Below, in pieces: positions 28,950 to 40,047 of a DNA stretch of 64,000 nt; position 1 is the stretch's first letter, and each line of letters begins with the position of its first letter. The position numbers were made by a program, and so were the translations under genes. The DNA is from Chloroflexota bacterium (GTDB lineage Bacteria; Chloroflexota; Dehalococcoidia; Lucifugimonadales; Lucifugimonadaceae). The notes beneath the pieces were generated by a model. The model did not search any database. It was not told where the DNA came from and worked only from the letters and a program-made list of their open reading frames with translations. The DNA lies in the NCBI GenBank assembly GCA_002719295.1, contig PBHC01000012.1:9928-73927 (forward strand), in the 5' to 3' direction.

Positions 28950-29610
28950 ATTATTTAAAATATGTGATTTTGGATTACGCTTTACCTTTTTTCTTTTTGG
29001 GGACTTGAAAATTGAAGGATTTCAAAACATACCTAAAAATAAATCTGTTTTAACAGTTTCAAACCATCTTTCAATTATTGATCCTGCATTATGCGCCTCT
29101 GCTGTAGGAAAAGAATCAAAATTTTTAGCAAAGAAAGAATTATTTAAGTTCCCATTTAACATTTTTTTGAAATTTTATGGAGCCTTTCCTCTAAACAGAG
29201 GTAATCTAAATATATCTGCAATTAATTGGGCTAAAGATCAATTATCTTTAAAAAATAATTCTCTTCTTTTATTTCCAGAAGGAACTAGAAGTAAAAATCT
29301 AAAATTAAATAAAGGATTTAATGGGGCTGCTATTATTGCAATTGATACAGATAGTATCATTTTGCCTATATCAATTTCAGGGTCTGAAAAATGTAAAAAC
29401 TATTTGCAATTTTTATTTCCTAAAATGTCTGTAAAAATAAATATAGGGGAACCATTTAAAATCAATTCACTTCCTGAAAATAAAAACAAAGATCTATATG
29501 ACAATATAACCAAAGAGATTATGCATAGAATTTCAATTTTATTACCAACAAAATATGTTAATGAATCAAATAATCAAATAAAAAAATATAAGTATACGAG
29601 GACAATATAG
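28942..29610 (+). CDS. plsC: 1-acyl-sn-glycerol-3-phosphate acyltransferase
   Basis: NHLSIID (HxxxxD), FLAKKELF, FPEGTRS. Confidence 0.9.
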   Translation: MSKLFKICDFGLRFTFFLFGDLKIEGFQNIPKNKSVLTVSNHLSIIDPALCASAVGKESKFLAKKELFKFPFNIFLKFYGAFPLNRGNLNISAINWAKDQLSLKNNSLLLFPEGTRSKNLKLNKGFNGAAIIAIDTDSIILPISISGSEKCKNYLQFLFPKMSVKINIGEPFKINSLPENKNKDLYDNITKEIMHRISILLPTKYVNESNNQIKKYKYTRTI

Positions 29611-29611
29611 C

Positions 29612-30691
29612 GTGGAATTAAATGATATTTCATCAGATTTTTTTTACTTGAATTCTGTAAAACAATCTCAATTATCAAAATTTGCAGTTAAGGAAGAAGA
29701 TGCAATTAGGGCAATTGAAGAACCTAAGCAAGGCTTGTATAGAAACGCATTCCAGATTGATAGAGACAGAATCATACATACTAATTCTTTTAGAAGACTA
29801 AAACATAAAAGCCAAGTATTTGTAGCGCCTGAAGGGGATCACTATACTACAAGATTGACTCATGTAATTGAAGTGTCTCAAATTGGAAGAACAATATCTA
29901 GGGCATTAAACTTAAATGAAGATTTAGTGGAAGCGGCATCTCTAGGCCATGACCTAGGACATACTCCTTTTGGACATATAGGAGAGTCAGCACTTGATGA
30001 AATATTAAATACTGGATTTCATCATTCTATTCATTCAGTGAAAATAATTGAATCATTGGAAAAAAATGGAAAAGGATTAAACCTTACAAACTATGTAGTT
30101 GAAGCAATAAGAAGGCATTCCAAAAAACAGGGCAATTTTTTGACAGAGGAATCTGTTCAAGGAATGTCTATAGAGGCTCAAATAGTGAGAATTTCAGATG
30201 CATTAGCATACTTAAGTCATGACATTGAAGATGCTAAAAGGTCAGATTTTCTTAGCAATAAAAAGATTCCTGATAACATGGCTCATTTTTTCAATTTATC
30301 TAGATCTGAGAGAATAAATTATTTTGTTACCGATGTAGTGATTAATTCTTGGGATTGCGCAGGAAAAAGTTCTAATATTAATCCTTATATAAAAATGTCT
30401 AAAAAATGCTCATCTTCAATGACAGAACTTAGAAATTATATGTTTGAAAATTTTTATCTTCCAGTTAGCGATTCTATGCAAGGGCAATTAGCCAATAAAA
30501 TCATAAAGTTTTTATTTAATTATTACTTTGAAAACTTTAAAAAAATTCCCACTAAATATCTTAAAAAAGAACAAAATAGAGAAGAAATTATTTCTGATTT
30601 TATATGTGGCATGACTGATCACTATGCTATTAAAATTGCAGAAAGCATTTCTCCTGGGATAGCTAAAAACTTAAAATTCGAAAATATTTAA
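29612..30691 (+). CDS. dgt: dGTP triphosphohydrolase (HD domain)
   Basis: FQIDRDRIIH, FRRLKHKSQVF, TRLTH, GHDLGHTPFGH, DFICGMTD. Confidence 0.93.
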   Translation: MELNDISSDFFYLNSVKQSQLSKFAVKEEDAIRAIEEPKQGLYRNAFQIDRDRIIHTNSFRRLKHKSQVFVAPEGDHYTTRLTHVIEVSQIGRTISRALNLNEDLVEAASLGHDLGHTPFGHIGESALDEILNTGFHHSIHSVKIIESLEKNGKGLNLTNYVVEAIRRHSKKQGNFLTEESVQGMSIEAQIVRISDALAYLSHDIEDAKRSDFLSNKKIPDNMAHFFNLSRSERINYFVTDVVINSWDCAGKSSNINPYIKMSKKCSSSMTELRNYMFENFYLPVSDSMQGQLANKIIKFLFNYYFENFKKIPTKYLKKEQNREEIISDFICGMTDHYAIKIAESISPGIAKNLKFENI

Positions 30692-30794
30692 TTAAATAAA
30701 TAAATAAAAAAAAATTCACTAAAAATTAACATTAAAAGCTGTCCAACTTTTATAATAATCTGTACACTAGGGTAAAGTGTATAGGAATTAATAA

Positions 30795-32657
30795 ATGCCC
30801 TCAGATTTGAAAGACACAATTAAAGAAAAAATTGATCTTTTAGATTTTTTGGGTACCAAAGGCATTGTTTGGCAAAATCAAGGATCTATACCCAAAGCAC
30901 TATGCATTTTTCATGAAGAAAAAACCCCATCATTTACGTTAAGTAAAGATCGAAAGAGGTATAAGTGCTATGGTTGCAACGAAAGCGGAGATGTTTTTGA
31001 TTATTTGATGTCTGCAGAGAAGCTAACTTTTGTTGAAGCTATTAGGCAACTTTCATCATATTTATCTTTAGATTACGATGATAATACTTTTTCTGATGAA
31101 ATTGAAAAACGGAAGAAAACTAATATTATCCTCAATGAAGTATTTGAAGTAAATAATCTAGCTCAAAATTATTTTTCTAAGCAAATCTTTGATGAATCTT
31201 CAGAGAACTCTGAAAATGTCCGCAATTATCTTGAAGAAAGAGGAATTTCTTCAGAATCAATCAAGAAAAACTTTATTGGTTATTGTCCAGATGGAAATAT
31301 GGGTAGTTTGATGAATTTTTTTCAATCTAATAAAGTAAATAAAAGAGGAGTATTAAATTCTAATCTTCTTTCAAAAACAGATGATAACGACTGGATAGAC
31401 TTTTTTAGAAACAGGGTTACTATTGCAATTTTAGATGAAAAATCAAATATAGTTGGTTTTTCCGGCAGGTCATTGCATGAAAATTCTAAAAGTAAATATA
31501 TAAATTCTAGAGACAGTGAGGCATTCAATAAATCTGCTATTCTTTATGGGCTAGATAGAGCTTCTGAAAACATAAAACTTAAATCTCAAGTGGTAGTTGT
31601 TGAAGGATACTTTGATTGTATTTCAGGATATGATAGAGGTTATAAAAATTTAGTTGCAGCAATGGGAACTCAAATAAGTTCAGAAAATTTTGAAAAATTA
31701 AGAAGACTTGTTACGTATGATTCTGCATCTGGAGAAATAATTTTTTGTTTTGATAATGATTCTGCAGGAAAAAAAGCAGCCATAGATACAATTGATAAAT
31801 TGAAAGATAATATTTCTAGTGCTACAAAAAATATAGATAAAAAAATACGTATAAAAATATGTTTTCCTTCTTCAGGTAAAGATCCGGATGAGATTTTCAG
31901 AACAAATCCTGTTGAATGGGAAGATATGATTAGTTTGGCTCAGAACTTTATTGATTATTTAATTGAATATTATTCAGAACTTTATTTAAAAGGACCTCAA
32001 AAAGACACATATAAATTTTTAGATTTACTTTTACCTTTTATTATTGAATCATGTGATGAAGTTCAGCAATCTTTTTATCTTTCTAAAATATCTAAGCTGA
32101 CAGATTTAAGCTTTGATTTGTTGAAATCAGAGTCTTCTAATTTAAGTAAGTCAAAGTATAGGAAAAACACTAAAACTATAAAAGATGAAGATAGAATCAG
32201 AAGAGTCATATTCAATCCTGAAAAAGCACAAGAAAAACATTTTTTAGCTATACTAATGGATTCAAATGATTTATTTGAAAATGTTAAAGATATAGAAGAT
32301 GTTTATTTTTCAGATTTACATTACAGATCCGTATTTAAACTATGGAAGCAATCACAGGAAGTAATTGATAGAAAAAGACTATCGGAAGACCTGATTTTTA
32401 TTTATGATGAAATAGAGGATTATATAAAAAATGATTTTTTAGTTGATCCTGATTTAAGTAAAGATATTGAGCTTGAAAATGTTAAGAATAGACTTGCTAT
32501 TGATTATCAAAAAAGAAAGCTTAATGAAGCTGAAATGCGCTTACTAGAGCTTGAAAATAATGAACATAAAGATGACGTTGCAATTACATCTTTGATGGAT
32601 GAGTTGGTTAAGATAACGGAAAATATAAAAGAACTAGAAAGGAGCGAGGTAACTTGA
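30795..32657 (+). CDS. dnaG: DNA primase
   Basis: [16 protein letters not shown] zinc domain, [28 protein letters not shown]. Confidence 0.95.
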   Translation: MPSDLKDTIKEKIDLLDFLGTKGIVWQNQGSIPKALCIFHEEKTPSFTLSKDRKRYKCYGCNESGDVFDYLMSAEKLTFVEAIRQLSSYLSLDYDDNTFSDEIEKRKKTNIILNEVFEVNNLAQNYFSKQIFDESSENSENVRNYLEERGISSESIKKNFIGYCPDGNMGSLMNFFQSNKVNKRGVLNSNLLSKTDDNDWIDFFRNRVTIAILDEKSNIVGFSGRSLHENSKSKYINSRDSEAFNKSAILYGLDRASENIKLKSQVVVVEGYFDCISGYDRGYKNLVAAMGTQISSENFEKLRRLVTYDSASGEIIFCFDNDSAGKKAAIDTIDKLKDNISSATKNIDKKIRIKICFPSSGKDPDEIFRTNPVEWEDMISLAQNFIDYLIEYYSELYLKGPQKDTYKFLDLLLPFIIESCDEVQQSFYLSKISKLTDLSFDLLKSESSNLSKSKYRKNTKTIKDEDRIRRVIFNPEKAQEKHFLAILMDSNDLFENVKDIEDVYFSDLHYRSVFKLWKQSQEVIDRKRLSEDLIFIYDEIEDYIKNDFLVDPDLSKDIELENVKNRLAIDYQKRKLNEAEMRLLELENNEHKDDVAITSLMDELVKITENIKELERSEVT

Positions 32658-34153
32658 AAGAAGATACTAGCGACAATGATAACTTAAATGACAATCTATA
32701 TATTGATAATGTAGATACGAATGCAGGAATAGATAAGGTGTTAATTTCTACTTCCTCTAGTTTAGATGATGAGGAAGATTTATCTGCGGGTCCATCGGGA
32801 GATACCTATGCCCAAAACGATGACCTTATGAATATTCTTTCTAAGGGTAAAAAAGAATTTAAGGATACATACGAAGATCCTATTAGGATGTACCTGAAAG
32901 AAATTGGTGACGTTAAGCTTTTATCTAGAAAAGATGAAGAAGTTTTAGCCAGAACAATTGATTTAAAATATAAATATAAAAATATGTATGATGAACTGGA
33001 TGAATCTAGTCCAGATTTAATAAATTCCATAGACTTGATTAAACAAATTTTTGAATCTTTAGTAACTTTAAAACCAATTTTAGAATCTATAGGCAAATTT
33101 TATGGAGTGACTAAAACAAACGCATTATCATTAAGCTACCTGGCTTCTCAGGAATCAGAAATAAATAAAATACATGGTGTTTATTCTGAAGATTTAATAA
33201 AATATGTCGCAGATGTAAATAATATTTCAAATGACGAGGTTACTCAAAAAATAAAAGAACTTTCAGACTTGCTAGGACTTATACCTCCTGACCTCACAGA
33301 ATTACTTGATGATGATTTTACTAAATCTAATTTAAAAAATGCTTTAAAGCACAAGGATTTTATAGATCAATTATCAATGTATAAAATGATAATTGATAGT
33401 CATTTTAACCAAATCCTTTCTCGATCTGATCTAGCTCAAAATCATTTAGCTGAAGCAAATCTTAGACTAGTTGTTTCCATAGCAAAAAAATATATAGGTA
33501 GAGGACTGACTCTTCTAGACCTTGTCCAAGAAGGAAACATTGGATTAATTAGAGCAGTAGAAAAATTTGACTATAGAAAAGGGTTTAAGTTTTCTACATA
33601 TGCAACATGGTGGATAAGACAATCAATCACAAGAGCTGTAGCAGATCAATCTAGAACTATTAGAATTCCTGTTCATATGGTTGAACAAATAAACAAAATA
33701 CTTAGAGTGTCTAGGAGATTAGTTCAAGAAAAGGGAGTTGAACCTACTTCTGATGATATCGCTAAAGAGCTTGATATGGATACAGATAAAGTAAATGAAA
33801 TATTGAAAGCTTCCCAAGATCCTATATCTTTAGAAGCTCCTATAGGTGAAGAGCAAGATTTGAACTTGGCCGATTTGATTGAAGATCAAAATGCTGAATC
33901 TCCACAAAATTCAGCATCAAAAAATTTACTTAAATCTCAAATAATTGAAGTACTTGAAACTCTTTCTCCTAGAGAAAGGCAAGTTATAGAATATAGATTT
34001 GGTATAAACGATAGTAGGCCAAGAACTCTAGAAGAAGTAGGCCAGACATTTGGTGTAACAAGAGAAAGAATAAGGCAAATAGAAGCTAAAGCTCTAAGAA
34101 AATTAAGACACCCTACTAGATCACTTACACTAAGAGACTATCTAGATTTTTAG
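32654..34153 (+). CDS. rpoD: Primary sigma factor (sigma-70)
   Basis: [62 protein letters not shown] start after GGAGCGAGG. Confidence 0.96.
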   Translation: MKEDTSDNDNLNDNLYIDNVDTNAGIDKVLISTSSSLDDEEDLSAGPSGDTYAQNDDLMNILSKGKKEFKDTYEDPIRMYLKEIGDVKLLSRKDEEVLARTIDLKYKYKNMYDELDESSPDLINSIDLIKQIFESLVTLKPILESIGKFYGVTKTNALSLSYLASQESEINKIHGVYSEDLIKYVADVNNISNDEVTQKIKELSDLLGLIPPDLTELLDDDFTKSNLKNALKHKDFIDQLSMYKMIIDSHFNQILSRSDLAQNHLAEANLRLVVSIAKKYIGRGLTLLDLVQEGNIGLIRAVEKFDYRKGFKFSTYATWWIRQSITRAVADQSRTIRIPVHMVEQINKILRVSRRLVQEKGVEPTSDDIAKELDMDTDKVNEILKASQDPISLEAPIGEEQDLNLADLIEDQNAESPQNSASKNLLKSQIIEVLETLSPRERQVIEYRFGINDSRPRTLEEVGQTFGVTRERIRQIEAKALRKLRHPTRSLTLRDYLDF

Positions 34154-34177
34154 TTTTTAGTTATTAACTAAACACTA
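34151..34177. terminator. AT-rich inverted repeat starting at the rpoD stop codon
   Basis: TAGTTTTTAGTTA-T-TAACTAAACACTA (13 bp arms, one mismatch). Confidence 0.3.
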
Positions 34178-34246
34178 ATCAATTTGATTTTGTACTAAAT
34201 ATTTTATATATTTATAGTATATAAAGTTAAATACAAGGTTTATTTT

Positions 34247-34486
34247 TTGACACTTTCTGAACTAGAAAACTATTTGATGATAGCATTTTTGGCTATTTTT
34301 TCATTCTTAGGTATTTTTATAATAATTTTCTTAATATTTATATTGAGAAAAATTAATCAGATCAAAGTTCAATTAGATAGTGCCAATGAAAAAATAGGTT
34401 CATTTAAGGAATCCTTAAATGTAATCAACAAATCTTTAGATATATTTAGATCAATATTTGGGAAATCAAAAAAAAATAAAGAATAG
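34247..34486 (+). CDS. Small membrane-anchored coiled-coil protein (DUF948/YoxC-like context)
   Basis: N-terminal TM and amphipathic helix; lies directly upstream of a YtxH gene. Confidence 0.6.
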   Translation: MTLSELENYLMIAFLAIFSFLGIFIIIFLIFILRKINQIKVQLDSANEKIGSFKESLNVINKSLDIFRSIFGKSKKNKE

Positions 34487-34489
34487 GAA

Positions 34490-34738
34490 GTGATAATGTC
34501 TTCAGAAGACTCTTTTTATAAAGGCTTTTTTTATGGAGCAACATTGGGTTTCATTGCAGGCATAATATATGCTCCTAAAACAGGTAATGAGACTAGAGAA
34601 ATATTAGGTGATAATATTAAGGATTGGAAAGTTAGGGCAAATGATCTTGTAGATTCTGCTAAAGAACGATTGAACAATGCTGTTCAAGAAGGAGCAGAGG
34701 AATCTAAAAGATATAGACAAGACTTATATGAAGAGTAG
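34490..34738 (+). CDS. YtxH domain protein
   Basis: GFFYGATLGFIAGIIYAPKTGNETRE. Confidence 0.88.
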   Translation: MIMSSEDSFYKGFFYGATLGFIAGIIYAPKTGNETREILGDNIKDWKVRANDLVDSAKERLNNAVQEGAEESKRYRQDLYEE

Positions 34739-34739
34739 T

Positions 34740-35582
34740 TTATTTAGGGTATGAGCCAAGGACTTTAAGTAAAGATGTAATTTTTGATAATTCATCAAGT
34801 GCTTCAGAAATTACAACATCCTTTACGTGACCATCAAAATCAATTATAAAAATATAATTACCAATTTCGTTACCCTTGGGTCTGCTTTCAATCTTTGCTA
34901 GATTGATATTTCTTTTTGCAAAACATTCAAGTGCCTTAAATAATAAACCAGCTTCATCAGACACTTTGAAATCAAAAGCTATAGACGTTTTATCGTTTCC
35001 AGATCTATCATTTTGATAATTAGAAACAATAACAAATCTTGTAATATTATTTTTATAATCCTGTATCCCTCTTACTGCGATATTACAGTTATTGATATCA
35101 GCAGATCTAGCATTAGCTATTGCGGCAACACTATTGTCTAAATTTTTTAAATCTGAAACAGCTTCTGCTGTAGATGGATATTCAGTTAATTTAATATTTT
35201 TTATTAAGTTTTGTTTAATCCATAAATTACATTGATTTATTGCTTCAGGCTTACTGATAATTTCTTTTATTTTGCTTAGATCGCTTATTGTATTTTTTGT
35301 TATTAAACATGCCTCGATAGGCAGTAAAACTTCTTTGTTTATGTATAAATTTTTTGAGTTTATAAGAAAATCTATTGTTTCAAGTATTGTTCCTACTCTG
35401 GAATTTTCTATTGGAACGATCCCCTTATTATAATCTGAATTTTCTACATAATCTAACACGTCATATATTGTTTTTTTAGGAGATAATAAAAGTTCATTGT
35501 TCCTGGTGTAGATTAAAGCAGCCTCTTCACTATAAGTGCCACTAGGGCCTAAGTAACTTAAATTTGTTTCTTTGTTAATCAT
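34740..35582 (-). CDS. pheA: Prephenate dehydratase
   Basis: YLGPSGTYSEEA, VPIENS, NITRF, INLAKIESRP. Confidence 0.93.
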   Translation of the reverse strand: MINKETNLSYLGPSGTYSEEAALIYTRNNELLLSPKKTIYDVLDYVENSDYNKGIVPIENSRVGTILETIDFLINSKNLYINKEVLLPIEACLITKNTISDLSKIKEIISKPEAINQCNLWIKQNLIKNIKLTEYPSTAEAVSDLKNLDNSVAAIANARSADINNCNIAVRGIQDYKNNITRFVIVSNYQNDRSGNDKTSIAFDFKVSDEAGLLFKALECFAKRNINLAKIESRPKGNEIGNYIFIIDFDGHVKDVVISEALDELSKITSLLKVLGSYPK

Positions 35583-36213
35583 TATTTTTATAGTTTATAG
35601 TGCTTTGAATTAATATTTTATCAAGAGGATTTAATGTATTGCTAAAGTTATGAGAAATTGAACCAGAGGAAGATATGATTGCTATAACCTCAGTTTCTTT
35701 ACTTAAATCAACATCATTAATTGTTTTTCCTACTAAGCTTGAGTCATTTCCCACAGAAATAACCCTTATTTCAGTATGGTTATCAGTATTTGTATAAATC
35801 AATTGATCAAACTTGTTTGATATAAAAGAATTTAATTTTTCACTTATCATTTCATCATAATCAATAGCAAAATCAAATTCATCTCCAGAAAAATATTGTT
35901 TGTTAGATATTTTATTTACTAACGATATGGAAACTACATCATTATTTAGGTGTTTGGCTAATTTAACTGATAAAAAATTCTTATCATCTTTTAAGTTTGA
36001 TGCAACAAAAAAATTAGCTCTTTCAATTCCGGCTTCAATTAATGTACTTTTATTGCTAGAACTTCCTAGAATACTAACAAACCCAATTTCTTTTTCTATT
36101 ATTTCAGATTTATTTTTATCTTGTTCTATAAAAGTTATTTCATTGCCCTCAGATATCAATTTTTTAGATAGATTTATAGTGATATTGTTTATTCCAGATA
36201 TAATAATATACAT
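35575..36213 (-). CDS. TrkA-family RCK N+C protein with degenerate nucleotide-binding loop
   Basis: MYIIISG..., LIEAGIERA, DDKN, SLVGKTI RCK-C segment. Confidence 0.7.
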   Translation of the reverse strand: MYIIISGINNITINLSKKLISEGNEITFIEQDKNKSEIIEKEIGFVSILGSSSNKSTLIEAGIERANFFVASNLKDDKNFLSVKLAKHLNNDVVSISLVNKISNKQYFSGDEFDFAIDYDEMISEKLNSFISNKFDQLIYTNTDNHTEIRVISVGNDSSLVGKTINDVDLSKETEVIAIISSSGSISHNFSNTLNPLDKILIQSTINYKNND

Positions 36214-36220
36214 ACGTCTT

Positions 36221-36619
36221 TTAACCCTTCACCAAGTAAGCGAAATCTTGATTATCTAGTTCTGTAGGATTTATAACAGATATATTCATTTCTTTATATA
36301 TTTCGTAAATTTCAATGTCATTAATCAACAATACTATTTTTTTATTAGGTTCGTTATGAATTATTTTTTTATGAGAGAATGAGTTGAAGGAGTCGGATTC
36401 TGTTAATAAAAATATAATTTCAGAAGATTTAGCTATATTTGGAATTTCGTCTTCCAAGTTATTTTTGGTTAATATTTCTATTTTTTCTTTACTCTTATTC
36501 TTATTTTCAAAGTTATAATCGTGTTTATCTGAATAAACGCTAATCTTTTCAGTGTGGTTTATTATTTTATTTATTACATAATCTGTAATTTGAGATGTTC
36601 CAATTATTGATATATCCAT
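36221..36619 (-). CDS. Divergent TrkA-N (RCK) single-domain protein
   Basis: MDISIIG start, LTESDSFN, C-terminal IYKEMNISVINPT; Trk context. Confidence 0.55.
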   Translation of the reverse strand: MDISIIGTSQITDYVINKIINHTEKISVYSDKHDYNFENKNKSKEKIEILTKNNLEDEIPNIAKSSEIIFLLTESDSFNSFSHKKIIHNEPNKKIVLLINDIEIYEIYKEMNISVINPTELDNQDFAYLVKG

Positions 36620-36625
36620 AAAAAT

Positions 36626-37039
36626 TTAAACTTTTAATAGTTGTATTGTATCTGCTTCAGAATGCTTATTAATGTATTCAAATTTATAATTTGAATCATT
36701 TTTATTTTTTCTATAAAAAATAATATCCGCACTAAGTCTTTTTGATTCTTTTACTATACCTACGCCAGCGTTTCTTGATTGTAAAAGAATAAAATTTTCT
36801 CCATTTAAATCGTAGTTTATTTTTTTTGTTAGTAAGTATTTGTTCACATCACTCAATATATTTTCTCCAATATTTATCTCACTCCCTATTTCATAGTCAA
36901 TGTCATATTTTACAGGCACTTCAATAACATACAAAAAATAAACATTTGTAGAATATTCTTTTATAAAAGGAACTACACAATCAAGAATTTCTTCATTTTT
37001 TTCCTTTTCTAGCAATAAAATTATTTTTTCAGGATTCAT
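36626..37039 (-). CDS. Universal stress protein-like
   Basis: LYVIEVP, GENIL, QSRNAGVGIVKE..ADII. Confidence 0.7.
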   Translation of the reverse strand: MNPEKIILLLEKEKNEEILDCVVPFIKEYSTNVYFLYVIEVPVKYDIDYEIGSEINIGENILSDVNKYLLTKKINYDLNGENFILLQSRNAGVGIVKESKRLSADIIFYRKNKNDSNYKFEYINKHSEADTIQLLKV

Positions 37040-37040
37040 G

Positions 37041-37700
37041 TTACAGAAGTTTATTTATACTATTATTATTGCCTATTATGCATAATTCATCGTTTTCAGA
37101 CAGAATTTCATCTGATGAAGGATAAAGTACAAGAGAATCGCCTCTTTTAATCGAAACTACGGTTAACTTTTGAGAGCCTGGCTTATTCTCAAATCCAGCC
37201 TCAGTTAATGTGAATCCTATAAGCCTGTCAGGAACTTTCATTTTACTTATTCCCAAGTTAGTCGATAGTTCTAAATATTCTTCGACTATTGGTGTGAATA
37301 AAGTATTTGCTAGTCTATCTCCCATTTCTTCTTCTGCAAAAATCACTCTATCACAACCTAGTCTGCTTAGTGTACTCTCATGCAAAGTTGAAGATGCTCT
37401 TGCAACTACAGTATTTAAATTTAAGGTTTTTAATAAAACTGTAACCATCACTGATACCTCAATATCTGCACCTATTGCAACTACACCTACATCAAAGTCT
37501 TGCACTCCTAGTTCTCTTAAAGCTGTTTCTGATGAAGCATCTGCTGTAACAGGATAGGTTACCTGTCCAATCATTGATTGCACTTTTTCCTCATCATGAT
37601 CAATAGCCATAACATCATATCCAAGTTGATACATTTTACTAGCAAAACTTGTTCCAAATCTTCCTAGTCCTATAACAACAACCTGAGGTTTTAATTTCAT
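37041..37700 (-). CDS. trkA: TrkA/KtrA potassium uptake regulatory subunit
   Basis: VIGLGRFG, DVGVVAIG, VARA, LGCDRVIFAEEEMG. Confidence 0.9.
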   Translation of the reverse strand: MKLKPQVVVIGLGRFGTSFASKMYQLGYDVMAIDHDEEKVQSMIGQVTYPVTADASSETALRELGVQDFDVGVVAIGADIEVSVMVTVLLKTLNLNTVVARASSTLHESTLSRLGCDRVIFAEEEMGDRLANTLFTPIVEEYLELSTNLGISKMKVPDRLIGFTLTEAGFENKPGSQKLTVVSIKRGDSLVLYPSSDEILSENDELCIIGNNNSINKLL

Positions 37701-39184
37701 TATCCGATCCTTACTATTTCATAGGCAGGTTTTGCATTTTCTCTTTTACTTTTTCCAACGAACATAATTGCCAACAACATTGGACCAAACCTACCAATTA
37801 TCATTAAGAATGACATAAGCACTTTAGAAGAGTCATTAAGGCTACCAGTAATTCCTGTAGTTAGACCAACATTTCCAAATGCACTTACACACTCAAAAAG
37901 TAATTCTCTAAATATGGTATCAGGTTCAAAAGATGAAATAATCATAAAAGAAAATATTATTAGAAAGATAGAAAAAATAAAAATAATTAAAGATCTCCTA
38001 ATAATATCATGGTTAATTGTTCTTCTAAAAATTGTCACTTCTTCTTTACCTATAATTGTAGATATTAAAGAAATAGCTATTATCGATAATGTGCCTATTT
38101 TTATTCCTCCTGCAACTGATAATGAACTCCCTCCTATAAACATTAGAGCGATAGTAGTAATACTAGTACTATTGTGGACCAAATTATAATCTATCAAAGA
38201 AAACCCTGCCGTTCTAGTAATACTATGAAAAATCGATAGAACAATTTTTTCTTTAATATTTTCTTCAGAGATTGTTCCTAAATTTGACCATTCTGAAAAT
38301 AAAAATTGTACAGATCCTAATATCAATATTAATACAGTTCCAAACAGAATCACCTTGAAATTTAAAGTAAAGAAAATATCTTTATATTTAGATTGAAGAA
38401 AAAGTTTTCCGTTAGCGAATAATTCTAGAATGAAAGGATATCCTATGCTTCCTAAAATAATTAGAATCATTGTAATGTTAAGCAAATAAGCATTTTCTTT
38501 TATAGTTCCAATGCTTCCTCCATTAGAATCTTTTAAAATATCAAAACCAGCACCATTAAATGCTGAAATTGAATGAAATATTGAATTGAAAAAAGTCCCA
38601 TAATCATTTCCAAAACTTTTTCCTTGCCAAAGGAAATACATAATGATAAAACCAATAAACTGAAATATTACACTCATTATAAATATATTTAGCACTAATT
38701 TAATTGAGCTCCCAGGGGCTATTTTAGAAGGAGTAGCATCTGAAAGACTCTCATTTATAAGAATTTTTTGTTCAAGATTTAATTTCTTCCCAAAAAAAAT
38801 ATAAATAATAAAACCTGCTCCCATCATAAACCCTAAACCTCCTATAAATGACAAAACCATTATTACTGAAAGTCCAAAAGTACTCCATGCCTCTTCTGAT
38901 TGAAAAGGAGTTAGCCCTGTAACAGTTACAGCAGATGTAGCTACAAAAAAACTATCAACTAAAGATATATTTTGAGCACCTTTACTAGAGAAAGGTAAAA
39001 AAAGTAAAAAAGTTCCTAAAATTATGAATAAAACTAATCCATATAAGACTATTAAGGGAGAGTTAATGCCTCTGTTAGATCTTTTTCTAGATTCTATTTT
39101 TATAATCTCAGGTGCTAATTCAAGAGATCTTTTAATTTTATGGGTAATATTCCCATCTATATTAATATTTTTATTTTGATTCAT
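37700..39184 (-). CDS. trkH: TrkH/KtrB potassium uptake membrane subunit
   Basis: Four pore loops TVTGL, NGAGFD, RTAGF, GNVGLT; FIGG..S.AGGIK; MIIGRFG. Confidence 0.92.
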   Translation of the reverse strand: MNQNKNINIDGNITHKIKRSLELAPEIIKIESRKRSNRGINSPLIVLYGLVLFIILGTFLLFLPFSSKGAQNISLVDSFFVATSAVTVTGLTPFQSEEAWSTFGLSVIMVLSFIGGLGFMMGAGFIIYIFFGKKLNLEQKILINESLSDATPSKIAPGSSIKLVLNIFIMSVIFQFIGFIIMYFLWQGKSFGNDYGTFFNSIFHSISAFNGAGFDILKDSNGGSIGTIKENAYLLNITMILIILGSIGYPFILELFANGKLFLQSKYKDIFFTLNFKVILFGTVLILILGSVQFLFSEWSNLGTISEENIKEKIVLSIFHSITRTAGFSLIDYNLVHNSTSITTIALMFIGGSSLSVAGGIKIGTLSIIAISLISTIIGKEEVTIFRRTINHDIIRRSLIIFIFSIFLIIFSFMIISSFEPDTIFRELLFECVSAFGNVGLTTGITGSLNDSSKVLMSFLMIIGRFGPMLLAIMFVGKSKRENAKPAYEIVRIG

Positions 39185-39257
39185 TGATTAAATAATTTTT
39201 ATTTATTCATATATAGATTATACTTGTATCACACGATTAAGTTTTTTATATATTTTT

Positions 39258-40046
39258 ATGTCCATGCACTCACTTGAAATAGTTCCTAAACAATTAGATA
39301 GGTTAAAATTTCTTCCTGATAATAAGTTTGAAGATGTTTTTGTAGCATTTATTCCTGGAGATAATTATACAAATATAGTAAATGCTTCTAAGTCTCTTTT
39401 AGAACTAAATTATAACCCTATTCCTCATATTCCTGCTCGAACAATTAATAATGAAGATGAATTAGACAATTTTTTAAAAAACTTACATTCTATTGGAGTA
39501 AAAGAAGTTTTAGTTATTGGGGGAAGCCCTAAAAAACAAGAAGGTCCTTTTTCAAAAAGTATGGACTTATTCAAAACAGGACTTTTTGGAAAATATAAAT
39601 TTAAAATTAATATAGCTGGACATCCTGAAGGAAATCCTGATGATTTAGATTCAGATATAAATTTATTGGAAAAATCTAAATGGCTTTACGAAAATAATTT
39701 TATTTTTTCAATAGTCACTCAATGGACACTTGATATTGATAAAACAAATGCATGGATACTTAAAATCAAAAATGAAATTATAAAAAGAAATTTAGGTGAA
39801 AATGTTAATATAAAAATTGGAATAGCTGGTCCTGCAAAACTCACCACATTAATCAATTATGCTAAAATTTGTGGAGTTTCTGCAACTGCATTGATTGTAA
39901 GAAATAAAAAATTGAGCCTCACAAAACTAGTAAAGCATAATCCATCTGAAATTATTTCAGGTCTTGAAAATTATGATCAATTACATTTTTTCCCTTTTGG
40001 AGGAATCAAAGAGTTAACTGGTTGGATAGAAAAAAAAGAAGGATAA
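39258..40046 (+). CDS. Short methylenetetrahydrofolate reductase (MetF)-like flavoprotein
   Basis: SLEIVP, PIPHIPAR, LVIGG, AGHPEG, VTQW, GIAGPA..L..YAKICGV, LHFFPFGG. Confidence 0.8.
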   Translation: MSMHSLEIVPKQLDRLKFLPDNKFEDVFVAFIPGDNYTNIVNASKSLLELNYNPIPHIPARTINNEDELDNFLKNLHSIGVKEVLVIGGSPKKQEGPFSKSMDLFKTGLFGKYKFKINIAGHPEGNPDDLDSDINLLEKSKWLYENNFIFSIVTQWTLDIDKTNAWILKIKNEIIKRNLGENVNIKIGIAGPAKLTTLINYAKICGVSATALIVRNKKLSLTKLVKHNPSEIISGLENYDQLHFFPFGGIKELTGWIEKKEG

Positions 40047-40047
40047 T

